From: Gammaproteobacteria bacterium
Lineage (GTDB): Bacteria > Pseudomonadota > Gammaproteobacteria > Burkholderiales > Nitrosomonadaceae
Reading direction: 5' to 3'
NCBI GenBank assembly: GCA_015709635.1
Contig: CP054180.1
Span: 2,177,431 to 2,241,430 of the forward strand
Length of the DNA stretch: 64,000 nucleotides
Positions 40,312 to 50,878 of the stretch are shown here, one piece after another (the stretch's first letter is position 1; each line of letters opens with the position of its first letter). Made by a program: the position numbers and the translations under genes. The notes beneath the pieces were generated by a model, which was not told the DNA's origin, did no database searches, and was given only the letters and a program-made list of their open reading frames with translations.

Positions 40312-41096
40312 CGACAATTAAAGTTTGCATTGGCGTGCGCCCACAGCACATCTTGCCCTGGTGAGTACGCGTGCTGTTGTAATACACCATCCAGTCATCC
40401 AGATCGTACTGTAACTCTTCAATAGAGTGGTAAATCTTGCGCCGGAAAGCTACCTGGTAGAACTCCTGCAAGATGGTTTTGTGGAAACGCTCGCAAATAC
40501 CGTTGGTCTGCGGATGGTTGGCTTTCGTTTTAGAATGCTCAATGTCATTGAGTGCCAGATAGAGCTGGTAATCGTGATTCTCCAGCTTGCCGCAATATTC
40601 GGTACCGCGGTCGGTCAGGATACGGATGACGCCCATACTTTGCTCGGTGAAGAACGGCAGTACCCGGTCATTGAGCAAATCAGCCGATGTGATAGGTGTT
40701 TTGGTGGTATATAGCTTGGCGGCTGCCCATTTGGAATAAGTGTCGACGAAGGTCTGCTGGTAAATCCGTCCCACGCCCTTGAGGGTGCCGACGTAAAAGG
40801 TATCCTGACTACCGAGATAGCCGGGATGAGCGGTCTCGATCACGCCATGGGCAACATCATCGTCCTGTTTCTTCTCCAGTATCACGAGAAAAACCCATCA
40901 CCTTGCAGGCGCGGGATACATTGCCAAGCTCGGCTGCCAGATTAAGCAGACCGATCTTGTGTTTGATGATTTTCTGGTGAAAACTACTCATGGGATTACT
41001 CCTTTGCGCTTTCGCGCTTGGTTGATAAAGTTTCGCACCTCTATCAAACCGAGTAATCCCACCCTTTGGCAAGACCTTATTGTCAGATCAAGTTTG
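40312..41096 (-). pseudogene. IS481-family remnant, copy 2 (inverted, 3'-truncated)
   Basis: By-eye comparison shows it identical to 35731..~36515, with the same internal deletion. Confidence 0.8.
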
Positions 41097-42635
41097 CGGC
41101 CTGTTGAAAAAGCCAGTTTTATGCCGAGACTGCTTCATGTGGAAAAAATTTTGGTATGCGTCTAAAGTAATTTAGATAATTTTGTACTTTCAATATTTCT
41201 TCTCGGAGAGACAGATATTTTTTCAAAAGCCAATAAATACTTGGCGATTGCTTGACGATTCGCTTAATGTTTTGGGCCATTGCGGTCATCAGAGCCTGAA
41301 TCGATACTTTCTGTAATCCCCGGTAACGGGCACGTCTTAGTCCGTGAAACTGCTTGGCTTCAGCGAATAATCCTTCGATCGTCCATTTGCGCAATATCAT
41401 CTTGCTGATAAAAGCTCTGGTTTCTTGCCGTACACGAACCTTGTCAATTTCATGCTGATGTGGACTTCGATAGACAAACCGAGCCCTGTTTTGGCCGACT
41501 CGGGTAAGCAATCTGCTCGCCTGGGGCACTGGCGACAGTGCCCGCCAGTGATTCGGTATCGTTTGATCATCCCGTTATCCAATTTCTCATAAGGGTAGAG
41601 AAAATACCCCTCTGGACATTGGTATCGATCAGTCTCACTGTGATACCTGAACTCAGTGGGCGTAAGTTTGCCTTTGCCAAGACGGGCATCGTGCAGCGGT
41701 ATATAAGTGCGTATCTTGCGTTGCCTAAACGCACTATAAGTTGGCCCCCGACCATATCCACGATCAGCAATCACTTCTTGAACATCAAAACCCATCTCAT
41801 TACATAAATAGTCGATTCTGTCAGGGAGTATGGGGCCCTCATGAGTAGAGCCCGTCGTGGTATAACAATCAGTAATAATCCGTGTCTTTACATCAGCACT
41901 ATAGTGAACCTTGTACTTAAGACCACCATCAGTACCTTTACGATAGACCATAGTGGCATCTGGGTCTGAGGCACTGACATGAGTCTGATTAGCCACTCGG
42001 CGTTTGCGTTTTCCATGCTGAAAATCATGATACCGCTTCTCATACTGCTTTAAAACTCTGGCATTAGGATCAGCATTCTCGCGCTTTACCAGGGAATCCA
42101 TGGAGGCATTAGCCTTCACGAGCGTCGCATCAACAACAATCTGCTTGCCGGTGAATCGACCCTGCTTTTGCCATTGCAGCAACATCAGTTTAAATATTTG
42201 CTGGTATCTGGATTCTCCCATTCTGTCTCGTATACGGGTTAATGAGGAGTGGTGAGGTACAGACTGGTATAGGGGAATCCGGCAAAACCAACGATATGCC
42301 AGATTCAGGTGAACATCACGGCAAAGCTGACGGTCAGACTCAATCCCAAACAAGTAACTGATCAGCTGCATCCGAAAAACAATACGGGATCAATGGAGGT
42401 TCGTCCATTGTCTACGCAGTAGAGTTCTTCGGTCAGGCCATACAAAACTCCAAATCCAGTAGCTTATCGACCTTCCTTAATAAATGATCTTTGGGAATAA
42501 AGCTCTCAGATCTATCGTCGAGAATAATTCCCGTTGATGCGTTTGTTTGCCTTGCATTGATCTTTACCGGTGGTCGATAGTGAAGTCTATTTTATTATCA
42601 ACTCAACGTAGTATCAGAGGTTCTTCAACAGGCCG
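41097..42635 (-). mobile_element. IS1182-family copy B, transposase frameshifted
   Basis: Same as 34188..35730 except for four single-base deletions (T5 to T4, A6 to A5, A5 to A4, CTCTAG to CTCAG). The ORF is broken into 41119..41529 and 41397..42371 plus an N-terminal piece. Confidence 0.85.
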
Positions 42636-43024
42636 CAAACTTGATCTGACAATAAGGTCTTGCCAAAGGGTGGGATTACTCGGTTTGATAGAGGTGCGAA
42701 ACTTTATCAACCAAGCGCGAAAGCGCAAAGGAGTAATCCCATGAGTAGTTTTCACCAGAAAATCATCAAACACAAGATCGGTCTGCTTAATCTGGCAGCC
42801 GAGCTTGGCAATGTATCCCGCGCCTGCAAGGTGATGGGTTTTTCTCGTGATACTGGAGAAGAAACAGGACGATGATGTTGCCCATGGCGTGATCGAGACC
42901 GCTCATCCCGGCTATCTCGGTAGTCAGGATACCTTTTACGTCGGCACCCTCAAGGGCGTGGGACGGATTTACCAGCAGACCTTCGTCGACACTTATTCCA
43001 AATGGGCAGCCGCCAAGCTATATA
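42636..43024 (+). pseudogene. IS481-family remnant, copy 3 (truncated by IS5 insertion)
   Basis: Identical to the first ~390 bp of copy 1; breaks off after AAKLY. Confidence 0.8.
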
Positions 43025-44603
43025 GTCATCCCTGCAAAACACTTAGAGCCTGCATGAACTGCAGGAATCATCAAATTTTAGACGGCATTGATCCCTGAGA
43101 ATTTATACTATTCGCATCAAAACACTGAGAGAATCAAGAGGAACTGAAATGCCGACCGATGATTTTTTCCGAGCGCGTCTCGATCAGATAATTGATCTGC
43201 GTCATCCCCTGGCAGTGCTGTCGAATCGACTGCCGTGGGCTGATATTGAAGCAGCACTTGTCCCTGCTTTTGAGCGTAAAAACCGTCAGGGTGAAGTGTT
43301 GGAGATCAACGACTCTTTTTGGCACAACATTGGCGATTGCCAGTGGGGGCGTGAGCACTGCGGGTCGCCCCCGCTTGCCGATCCGGTTGATGGCATCGTT
43401 GCTGTATCTGAAGCATGCGTTCAACCTCAGTGACGAAGAGCTGGTGGTTCGCTGGCCGGAGAATGTGGTGTGGCAGTATTTCAGCGGCGAGGAATATTAC
43501 ACATCGAAGTTGCCGTGTGATGCCACCCAGATTGGCCGTTTCCGCACCGCCATTGGTGAAGCTGGTGTTGAGAAGCTGCTGAAGGCAACGATTGACACTG
43601 CGGTGCACACCAAGGCGGTCAAACCGGCTGAATTCAAACGAGTGATTGTTGACACGACAATTCAGGAAAAGGCAATTGCGCATCCGGTGGATAGCCGGTT
43701 ACTGGAAATTGCTCGCGGCAAGATTGTGCAAGCAGCCAGACGGGCTGGCATCACCTTGAAGCAAACCTACGCCAAAGAAGGCAAGGCGCTGCGCCGAAGG
43801 GCAGGCGGCTATGCCCACGCCAGGCAATTGCGGCGTCTGCACAAAACCGTTAAACGCCAACGCACGATCCTTGGTATCGTGCTGCGGGAGATCCAGCGCA
43901 AACTGGCAACCGTGACGACGGTCTGTGCCGCATCGCTGCAGCAATTGACCACGCTATTGGAACGGGCAGGACGGATTCATAAGCAGCAACCCCAAGGACA
44001 ACAACAAACTCTATGCATTGCACGCACCGGAAGCCGAATGCATCGGCAAGGGCAAAGCACGCAAACCTTACGAGTTCGGAGTTAAAGCCGGCATTGCTGT
44101 TACGCACAAAAGCGGCCTGATAGTCGGTGCCAGAACCTTTCCTGGCAATCCCTACGATGGTCATATTCTCCACCAACAGCTCGAACAAACGCACAGGCTA
44201 CTCGAAGATACCGGATCAATACCGAAGCAGGTTATTGCCGATCTCGGGTTCCGGGGAGTGGATGCTGACAATCCGGCAGTGGAAATCATCCATCGCGGCA
44301 AGTACAAGTCGCTGACGAAACCGCAGCGGCGCTGGCTCAAGCGCCGGCAGGCCGTGGAACCTGCAATCGGGCATCTGAAGTCGGATCACCGAATGAATCG
44401 CTGCTGGTTACCAGGTCAGTTGGGTGATGCACTGCACGCTGTGTTATGTGCGGCTGGCTACAATCTGCGCTGGCTGATGAGAGCTATACACCGTTTGGGC
44501 ATCAAGAATTCTTTATTGCGACTTGCGCTGCTGCAACTGATCAACACCTTTTACACAAAACGTTCGTTTGTCGGCATGACTGTGTGAATTTTGCAGGGGC
44601 GAC
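43025..44603 (+). mobile_element. IS5-family (IS5 group) element with two frameshifts
   Basis: Terminal CCCTGCAAAA / TTTTGCAGGG repeats. The transposase is split over frames 43149..43433, 43192..44085 and 44018..44587 (DDE region IADLGFRG, AVEPAIGHLK). Confidence 0.8.
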
Positions 44604-44673
44604 TATTTACGGCGAGCCCATCAAAAACATTCCCGGCTCGCGCCTGCGGAACACCTGCCGCACACTTTGAAAT

Positions 44674-45060
44674 CTATTCGGCTGTATATTGACGCATTTC
44701 TTCCAATGCATCGGTAACGTGCTCGCTCGCAATATCAGCGTGCCCTACTCTGGCGTGATTGATGGCTTCGACCAAGTGCCGGATGGATTCGGTTATGTGC
44801 ACTCTTCCCTTGGTGTCTTCATTCTCGATCGCATCCGCCTCGGCTTTTTTGACATACTCCAGGCTTTTCTCGGCATGCTTGTGAATATGTTCCGCATGTG
44901 CTTTATGGGTTTTGGCCATTTCCGCATGTTTTATTGCTTCCGCCATGAAGGTAATCGCCTTCCCGGTCTCGGCATTTCCCGATGCCCCCGATGCGCTAAT
45001 TTCGCCGATCAGGAAAAACGTCAATATCGCGGCAATCAAAATAGGTGTTATATTTTTCAT
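44674..45060 (-). CDS. small periplasmic His-rich metal-binding protein (SmbP-like)
   Basis: Signal peptide MKNITPILIAAILTFFLIGEISA. Repeated KHAE/HAEH helical motifs (AIKHAEMAKTHKAHAEHIHKHAEKS). Start at internal ATG with a GAGG RBS. Confidence 0.6.
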   Translation of the reverse strand: MKNITPILIAAILTFFLIGEISASGASGNAETGKAITFMAEAIKHAEMAKTHKAHAEHIHKHAEKSLEYVKKAEADAIENEDTKGRVHITESIRHLVEAINHARVGHADIASEHVTDALEEMRQYTAE

Positions 45061-45324
45061 GGTATGAATACCTCGCTCTTTATTGATGAAAATCGCACTA
45101 CAAAATAAATCCGCATCCGATACCGTGCGCTGGAGTATCGTGCAAGCCAACGACCGTGCCCTATATCAGCATCCGTTCTTCGAAGCGATCATTCTGCATC
45201 TTTTTACCCTAGTACAACCGGATATTCCCGTACTCTGGGTAGATCGCAGTTACAATCGCCCGTCAACTTGACCGGCATGCCGCATCATCAATCTGCTGCG
45301 GCTAATATATCCAACAATAACCCC

Positions 45325-45783
45325 TCAGCTCTTAAGTGCGGCCAGCTGCTCTTTCAATGCTTTAATCTCCTCCTCCGCCCGGATCTGCGGTGTAATGTCA
45401 AATTGCACTCCCAGGAAATACAGCACATTTCCATGCGAATCGAAGAGCGGCGAAACGAGTAAGTGGTTATAAAACAATTCACCGTTTTTACGGAAGTTTC
45501 TCAAAACCACCTCAACCGGTTTCTTGCTCTTGATTGCATCATGTAATTGCTTAACACCGGCTTGGTCATGTTCATTTCCTTGTAAAAAACGGCAATTCTT
45601 ACCCACCGTTTCCGCCAATGTATACCCGGTTATTTCCTCAAACGCCTTATTGACATAAACCAAAGGCATATCCTCTTGATCGGGATCAGCCAGCGTTACA
45701 CCATTCACGCATGAATCAAGAATCTTGGACAATACTTGTGGAATTAATCCGGGGTCTTTCTCAACGATAAAATCCATGATCAT
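45325..45783 (-). CDS. short LOV-domain (FMN, blue-light) protein
   Basis: Canonical LOV signature GKNCRFLQG with the adduct-forming Cys. PAS core followed only by a coiled-coil-like J-alpha tail (EEEIKALKEQLAALKS). Confidence 0.85.
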   Translation of the reverse strand: MIMDFIVEKDPGLIPQVLSKILDSCVNGVTLADPDQEDMPLVYVNKAFEEITGYTLAETVGKNCRFLQGNEHDQAGVKQLHDAIKSKKPVEVVLRNFRKNGELFYNHLLVSPLFDSHGNVLYFLGVQFDITPQIRAEEEIKALKEQLAALKS

Positions 45784-45826
45784 CTCTCCAGGTTAATCAA
45801 TGATTGGTTATGCTTAAAATGGTCGG

Positions 45827-46306
45827 TTATTTGGAATCAACCCGATCCGCTTCAATCAGTTTCTTGATATTTCTCACCGCTCTCTCGGTACCATCTTGCA
45901 CCGCGATGCACACGAGCTTCTCGAACGGCCGTACATGCAAGTCCAGGCTCAACAGTTCAAAAACAAACGTCAGTCGGCTATCGGAAACATTGATTGCTTC
46001 AATCACATAGTCACAGCGGTACGGATTGGAAACCCCTTCAAAACAAATGCGCGAACCCACCTCAAAAATTTTTACCTTAAACGTCGATTCCGAGCGATTT
46101 CCCTGATCGATACGGACCTGGCGGCAGACCGTTCCGAGTTTTACCGAGCCGTCGGTGAGTTTCTCCAATTCCTTGACTTCAGGCGACCAGCGCGGGTAGT
46201 TGATCAGCAAATCGGTGCCGATAAAGTTGAAAATCTTGTCACTGGGGCTTTGAATGATCGCACTGGCCTTGCCAATTACAGGGTTATCTTTGAACAAACC
46301 AAGCAT
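45827..46306 (-). CDS. SRPBCC (START/polyketide-cyclase-like) family protein
   Basis: 159 aa. The pattern is typical of SRPBCC ligand-binding proteins. The call rests on overall resemblance only. Confidence 0.5.
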   Translation of the reverse strand: MLGLFKDNPVIGKASAIIQSPSDKIFNFIGTDLLINYPRWSPEVKELEKLTDGSVKLGTVCRQVRIDQGNRSESTFKVKIFEVGSRICFEGVSNPYRCDYVIEAINVSDSRLTFVFELLSLDLHVRPFEKLVCIAVQDGTERAVRNIKKLIEADRVDSK

Positions 46307-46331
46307 TTAATGCCTCCTGCGCAGTTATTTG

Positions 46332-47495
46332 CTAAACCAAGTAGGTGTCGATTCCTGCCAAAAATAAGTCATATTGCGTTTCAACGACTTCTTTAATCGT
46401 CAAAGCCGATAGACCGGTAATCAAATTGCTTTCGGCAACCAGCCAGCCTACTGCATCCGATGCGCCAAGACTCACCATATAACCCAATTCATGATGCAGA
46501 TAAGGCTCGAGCAATCCGGGAAATCCTGCGTGGCGCAAAACATTGCGCGCCACCAACTTACCTTTCCGGACAGCGGATTGCGCGGTTAATGTATTCGATC
46601 CCAGCGATTGATAATAGGAACAATCACCGGCCACAAAAATATTGGACAACGGTTTCTGGTCGACCAATACTTGTCCGAAGGCATTGGCGGTAAACATATT
46701 CTGCTGTTTCTTACCTAAAAACAGCAGCGACAAATCCGAAGGCAATTCGAATTGCTTTCCGGTGATTTTCTCCGCCAGCACGATTTTATCAGCCCGTTGC
46801 TCACGGTAATAAGTATCCGGATAAAACGCAATATTCATGTCGCGCATGCGGGATTCGACGTACTGTGCAAAGCCTGCGGGAAATTGCTCCAGCACATGTT
46901 CTCCCGCATGGATCAGGCGTAAATCCGCTTTACGCTTGATACGATCGAGAAATTGCCTGATTTCGAACAAGAACTGTATCCCCGTCGCGCCTCCACCAAC
47001 GACAGAGATCACCGGTTGCGGTGCATCACTCCGATGAAGAAATGCAGTTAACAGCTCCGCGCCGCCGGTCACGATAAAATCATGCAGACGCAGCACATTT
47101 CCGCCATCGCCGTGACTGGCCTCCTGGCTCTCACAACCGGTTGCGATGATCAGATAATCAAAATCGAGCGCTTCACCATTGATAACCAAGCGCCGTTCCG
47201 CCTGGCAGGCTTGCAGCATATCCGGATCGAAGCGTAGTGATGCCATCATGTGGCGGCATCCGTAGCGGCTTGCTATATCCGTAAAAGGAACCAGCAAATC
47301 GGTCAGAGGATAACGGAATGTTTCGTGCAGATGCGTGATTTTCAAGTGCTGCGTTTTCGGATCCACCAGCGTGACATCCGTATCCGGAGCGAACTGCAGC
47401 AGATTGGTTAACGCGGCAAGCCCGGCGTATCCACCACCGACAATGACCACTCGCAATCTTTTTTGTCTTGCAATATTAAATGGCAAAAAAGCCAC
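46332..47495 (-). CDS. FAD-dependent pyridine-nucleotide-disulfide oxidoreductase (NDH-2/SQR-like)
   Basis: RVVIVGGGYAGLAAL dinucleotide fold, a second fold ISVVGGGATGIQF, and VAGDCS near the C-terminus. Confidence 0.75.
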   Translation of the reverse strand: MAFLPFNIARQKRLRVVIVGGGYAGLAALTNLLQFAPDTDVTLVDPKTQHLKITHLHETFRYPLTDLLVPFTDIASRYGCRHMMASLRFDPDMLQACQAERRLVINGEALDFDYLIIATGCESQEASHGDGGNVLRLHDFIVTGGAELLTAFLHRSDAPQPVISVVGGGATGIQFLFEIRQFLDRIKRKADLRLIHAGEHVLEQFPAGFAQYVESRMRDMNIAFYPDTYYREQRADKIVLAEKITGKQFELPSDLSLLFLGKKQQNMFTANAFGQVLVDQKPLSNIFVAGDCSYYQSLGSNTLTAQSAVRKGKLVARNVLRHAGFPGLLEPYLHHELGYMVSLGASDAVGWLVAESNLITGLSALTIKEVVETQYDLFLAGIDTYLV

Positions 47496-47610
47496 ACTAA
47501 CCCCTTACTTCATATAGATGAGGAACTTAAGCCGTCCATGATCGCAAATTCACACCGGCATTTCACCAACCGGTCTATGTACGCGCTACAGCCTAGCATA
47601 ATTACCACTT

Positions 47611-48528
47611 TCATGGTTTTATATCACAGCCATTGGGAATCCGGCTCACACGCCAATTTTCTATTGTCCAGCGCCAAAAAGAAGAAATATCGCCTTGCAA
47701 AATTTCTTCCGGTGATTCCTGTCCCAAGAAACGTAATGCAGCAACCAATTCACATAGTGCATTCGCCATATCGATGGGTGCCGCCTTTGTTTGCTTGCTG
47801 AGTTTCTCACCGGCGGCGTTGGTTACCACGGGCAAATGCAGGTAATGCGGTGTTGCGTAACCCAGCAACTGTTGCAGAAATATTTGCCGCGGTGTGGAAT
47901 CGAGCAGATCGGCGCCGCGCACGACATGCGTGATATTTTGCGCAGCGTCGTCAACCACGACTGCCAATTGATAGGCGTAAATCCCATCGGCACGGCGCAA
48001 CACAAAATCACCGACATCGTGGTGCAGTCTTTGCGTATAAAATCCCTGCAGCCTATCCTGAAACGCTATTAAGTCATCATGGGTCTGAACGCGAAGCACA
48101 TGAGCATGCTCTGTCGAGGCAGGTTTATTCAGACAAGTTCCGGGGTAAATAAAACCATATAAACTGGTGATACTGGAATCCACAATTTCTTTTCGTGAGC
48201 AGGAACAAGGATAAAGCACACCTTGCTTACCCAGCACCTCCAAAGCTTCCCGGTATGCCTCAAAACGCTGGCTTTGGTAAATGACTTCCTCGTCCCATTC
48301 CATACCCAATTTCTCAAGGGTATCGAGAATTTGACCCGCTACGCCGGGCACCGTGCGCTGCAAATCGACATCCTCAATTCTAACTAGCCATTTGCCGCGA
48401 TGAAATTTCGCATCGGCGTAGCTGCCTACCGCTGCGACCAGCGAACCAAAATGCAACGGTCCGGTGGGAGACGGCGCAAACCGTCCGCGATAATCCGAAC
48501 CGATGAGTTGAGCGTTCTGCACTGGCAA
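47611..48528 (-). CDS. gluQ: tRNA glutamyl-Q(34) synthetase
   Basis: RGRFAPSPTGPLHFGSL (HIGH), VRIEDVD, KLSKQ. 305 aa, with no anticodon-binding domain. Confidence 0.88.
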   Translation of the reverse strand: MPVQNAQLIGSDYRGRFAPSPTGPLHFGSLVAAVGSYADAKFHRGKWLVRIEDVDLQRTVPGVAGQILDTLEKLGMEWDEEVIYQSQRFEAYREALEVLGKQGVLYPCSCSRKEIVDSSITSLYGFIYPGTCLNKPASTEHAHVLRVQTHDDLIAFQDRLQGFYTQRLHHDVGDFVLRRADGIYAYQLAVVVDDAAQNITHVVRGADLLDSTPRQIFLQQLLGYATPHYLHLPVVTNAAGEKLSKQTKAAPIDMANALCELVAALRFLGQESPEEILQGDISSFWRWTIENWRVSRIPNGCDIKP

Positions 48529-48701
48529 ATTAGTTAATTAATCTAAAAAATCACCAACCGGAAATAACACCCTTCATTGTTTTCGATAGGAATTGACCGC
48601 AAACAAGCTCCGGTATTGACGGCCTTATCCTTTATAATGCTCGTCATCCCTCAATCATAATCGTTTTCCTGCTACATTGAATCACGAATTTTAAGTCAAA
48701 C

Positions 48702-50048
48702 ATGCATATTCATATACTGGGAATTTGCGGTACCTTCATGGGCGGAATAGCCGCCATTGCGCGCGAGTCCGGTCACACCGTGACCGGTTGCGACCAGGAT
48801 GTCTATCCACCGATGAGCACACAACTTGAGTCGCAAGGCATTCAATTGATACCGGGTTATTCGCCGGAGCAGATTCAATTGCAGCCGGACATATTCGTCA
48901 TCGGTAACGTCGTAACGCGCGGCAATCCGTTGATGGAGGAAATCCTCAATCGCAACTTACCCTATATTTCCGGTCCGCAGTGGTTGTCGGAAAATATTCT
49001 GCGGCACCGTTGGGTGCTCGCCGTAGCCGGTACGCATGGAAAAACGACGACCAGTTCGATGTTGACCTGGATACTAGAATATGCTGGATTGAATCCGGGC
49101 TTTCTGATCGGCGGAATCCCGGAGAATTTCGGCATCTCGGCACGGATTGGAGATTCTTCGCCTTTCTTTGTCATCGAAGCGGATGAATACGACACGGCTT
49201 TTTTTGACAAACGTTCCAAATTCGTTCATTACCATCCCAGAACGGCCATACTGAACAACCTCGAATTCGATCACGCCGACATTTTTGCCGATCTTGCCGT
49301 TATCGAGCGGCAATTTCATCATTTCGTGCGGATTGTTCCCAACAACGGCCTGATCGTGGCAAACGGCAAAGATCAGAATTTAACACGAGTTCTGCAGCAA
49401 GGCTGTTGGACACCCGTCGAAGCATTCGGCACAGAAAACGGCTGGCACACAAAATTACAAGATAGTCAGACGATTGATATCTATTGTCACGACATGCACC
49501 AAGGACGGTTGCAATGGGATTTACTGGGCGAACATAACCGCATGAACGCGTTGGCGGCGCTGATCGCGGCGCGGCATGCCGGAGTGCCGACCCCAGTTGG
49601 AATCGACGCACTGGCGCAGTTCAAGAATGTTAAGCGGCGCATGGAGAAACGGGGTACTGTCAATGGCATCACCGTCTACGACGACTTCGCCCACCACCCG
49701 ACCGCCATTCAAACCACAATCAATGGGTTGCGAGCCCATGCCGGCAAAGAAAGAATCGTCGCTATTCTGGAGCCACGTTCGAACACGATGAAAATGGGAG
49801 TGTGGAAAGATTTTCTGGCAAACAGCGTGCAAGAGGCTGATCATGTGTTCTGCTTCACCCGCGATGCGCAATGGGCAAAAACCGCACTGATGCCACTCGG
49901 TAAAAAAGCGGATTGCTTTGATGACATGAACCAACTGGTACAAAATATCTGCAGCACCGCAAAACCCGGTGATCACATCTTAATCATGAGCAATGGCGGA
50001 TTCGGCGGCATCCATGAAAAAATCTTATCGGCTCTGAAGAAAGAGTAG
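48702..50048 (+). CDS. mpl: UDP-N-acetylmuramate:L-alanyl-gamma-D-glutamyl-meso-DAP ligase
   Basis: MHIHILGICGTFMGGIAAIA..VYPPMSTQLE closely parallels E. coli Mpl. GTHGKTTT P-loop. Confidence 0.9.
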   Translation: MHIHILGICGTFMGGIAAIARESGHTVTGCDQDVYPPMSTQLESQGIQLIPGYSPEQIQLQPDIFVIGNVVTRGNPLMEEILNRNLPYISGPQWLSENILRHRWVLAVAGTHGKTTTSSMLTWILEYAGLNPGFLIGGIPENFGISARIGDSSPFFVIEADEYDTAFFDKRSKFVHYHPRTAILNNLEFDHADIFADLAVIERQFHHFVRIVPNNGLIVANGKDQNLTRVLQQGCWTPVEAFGTENGWHTKLQDSQTIDIYCHDMHQGRLQWDLLGEHNRMNALAALIAARHAGVPTPVGIDALAQFKNVKRRMEKRGTVNGITVYDDFAHHPTAIQTTINGLRAHAGKERIVAILEPRSNTMKMGVWKDFLANSVQEADHVFCFTRDAQWAKTALMPLGKKADCFDDMNQLVQNICSTAKPGDHILIMSNGGFGGIHEKILSALKKE

Positions 50049-50087
50049 GATTATCCATTGGGAAGGTTTTATAGCCGACGTATTTAA

Positions 50088-50225
50088 GGAAGCTCTGAAA
50101 AAGGTAGCGAGCGACGGTCAGATAAGGCGAAATCAGGCGAAAAAGCGCAGTTTACAAAGTGTAAATGAGCATTTTGAGTCTGATTTCAACACAGCATGAC
50201 CGGGCACAGTAGTTTTTCAGAGCTT
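50088..50225. repeat. ~137-bp long imperfect palindrome (MITE-like or bidirectional terminator)
   Basis: Nested arms: AAGCTCTGAAAAA/TTTTTCAGAGCTT, CGGTCA/TGACCG, GAAATCAG/CTGATTTC, TTTACA/TGTAAA. Lies between convergent mpl and apt. Confidence 0.6.
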
Positions 50226-50753
50226 TTAACCACCTTCAAATTCGCACAGGGCAAATACCTTACAACCCAGATTTTCCAATCGCGCCTTGCCACCCACATC
50301 CGGTAAGTCAATGACAAAGCAGCATTCCACAACCTCACCGCCCATATCCCGGATCAGGCCAACGGCTGCTTCTGCAGTCCCACCAGTTGCAATCAGATCG
50401 TCGATCAGAAGCACCCGCTCCCCCGGTTGAATCGCATCCACATGAATTTCAATCCGGTCGCTGCCATATTCCAATTGATAGTCTCTGCCGATCGTTTCGG
50501 CAGGCAGTTTATTTTGCTTACGAATCGGCACAAAACCTTTCCCCAACTGATAGGCCACAGGAGCACCGATAATGAAACCGCGCGACTCGATTCCAGCCAC
50601 TTTATCAATTTTGACATTGCTGTAGCGGCTTGAAATTTCCTGTATGGTTGTTCGCAACCCGATAGGATCTTTTAACAGTGTCGTGATATCACGAAACATA
50701 ATGCCGTGATGCGGGTAATGCGGAACGGTACGAATATGGGATTTAATGGACAT
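50226..50753 (-). CDS. apt: adenine phosphoribosyltransferase
   Basis: GIMFRDITTLL, and VLLIDDLIATGGTAEA (PRPP motif). Start at the ATG (MSIKSH) rather than the upstream TTG. Confidence 0.9.
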   Translation of the reverse strand: MSIKSHIRTVPHYPHHGIMFRDITTLLKDPIGLRTTIQEISSRYSNVKIDKVAGIESRGFIIGAPVAYQLGKGFVPIRKQNKLPAETIGRDYQLEYGSDRIEIHVDAIQPGERVLLIDDLIATGGTAEAAVGLIRDMGGEVVECCFVIDLPDVGGKARLENLGCKVFALCEFEGG

Positions 50754-50805
50754 GACGAAACGATGACTGAACAATAAATAAAAGATTTGAGCAAAGCAAG
50801 CAACG

Positions 50806-50848
50806 GAAATGACAAAGGCCTCAACCCGGAACAGGTTGAGGCCTTTTT
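50806..50848 (-). terminator. hairpin terminator between nirK and apt
   Basis: AAAGGCCTCAACC-CGGAACA-GGTTGAGGCCTTT, flanked by A and T runs (bidirectional in form). Confidence 0.6.
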
Positions 50849-50878
50849 ACACTACCTCAAGTTACACTACGTCTATTC

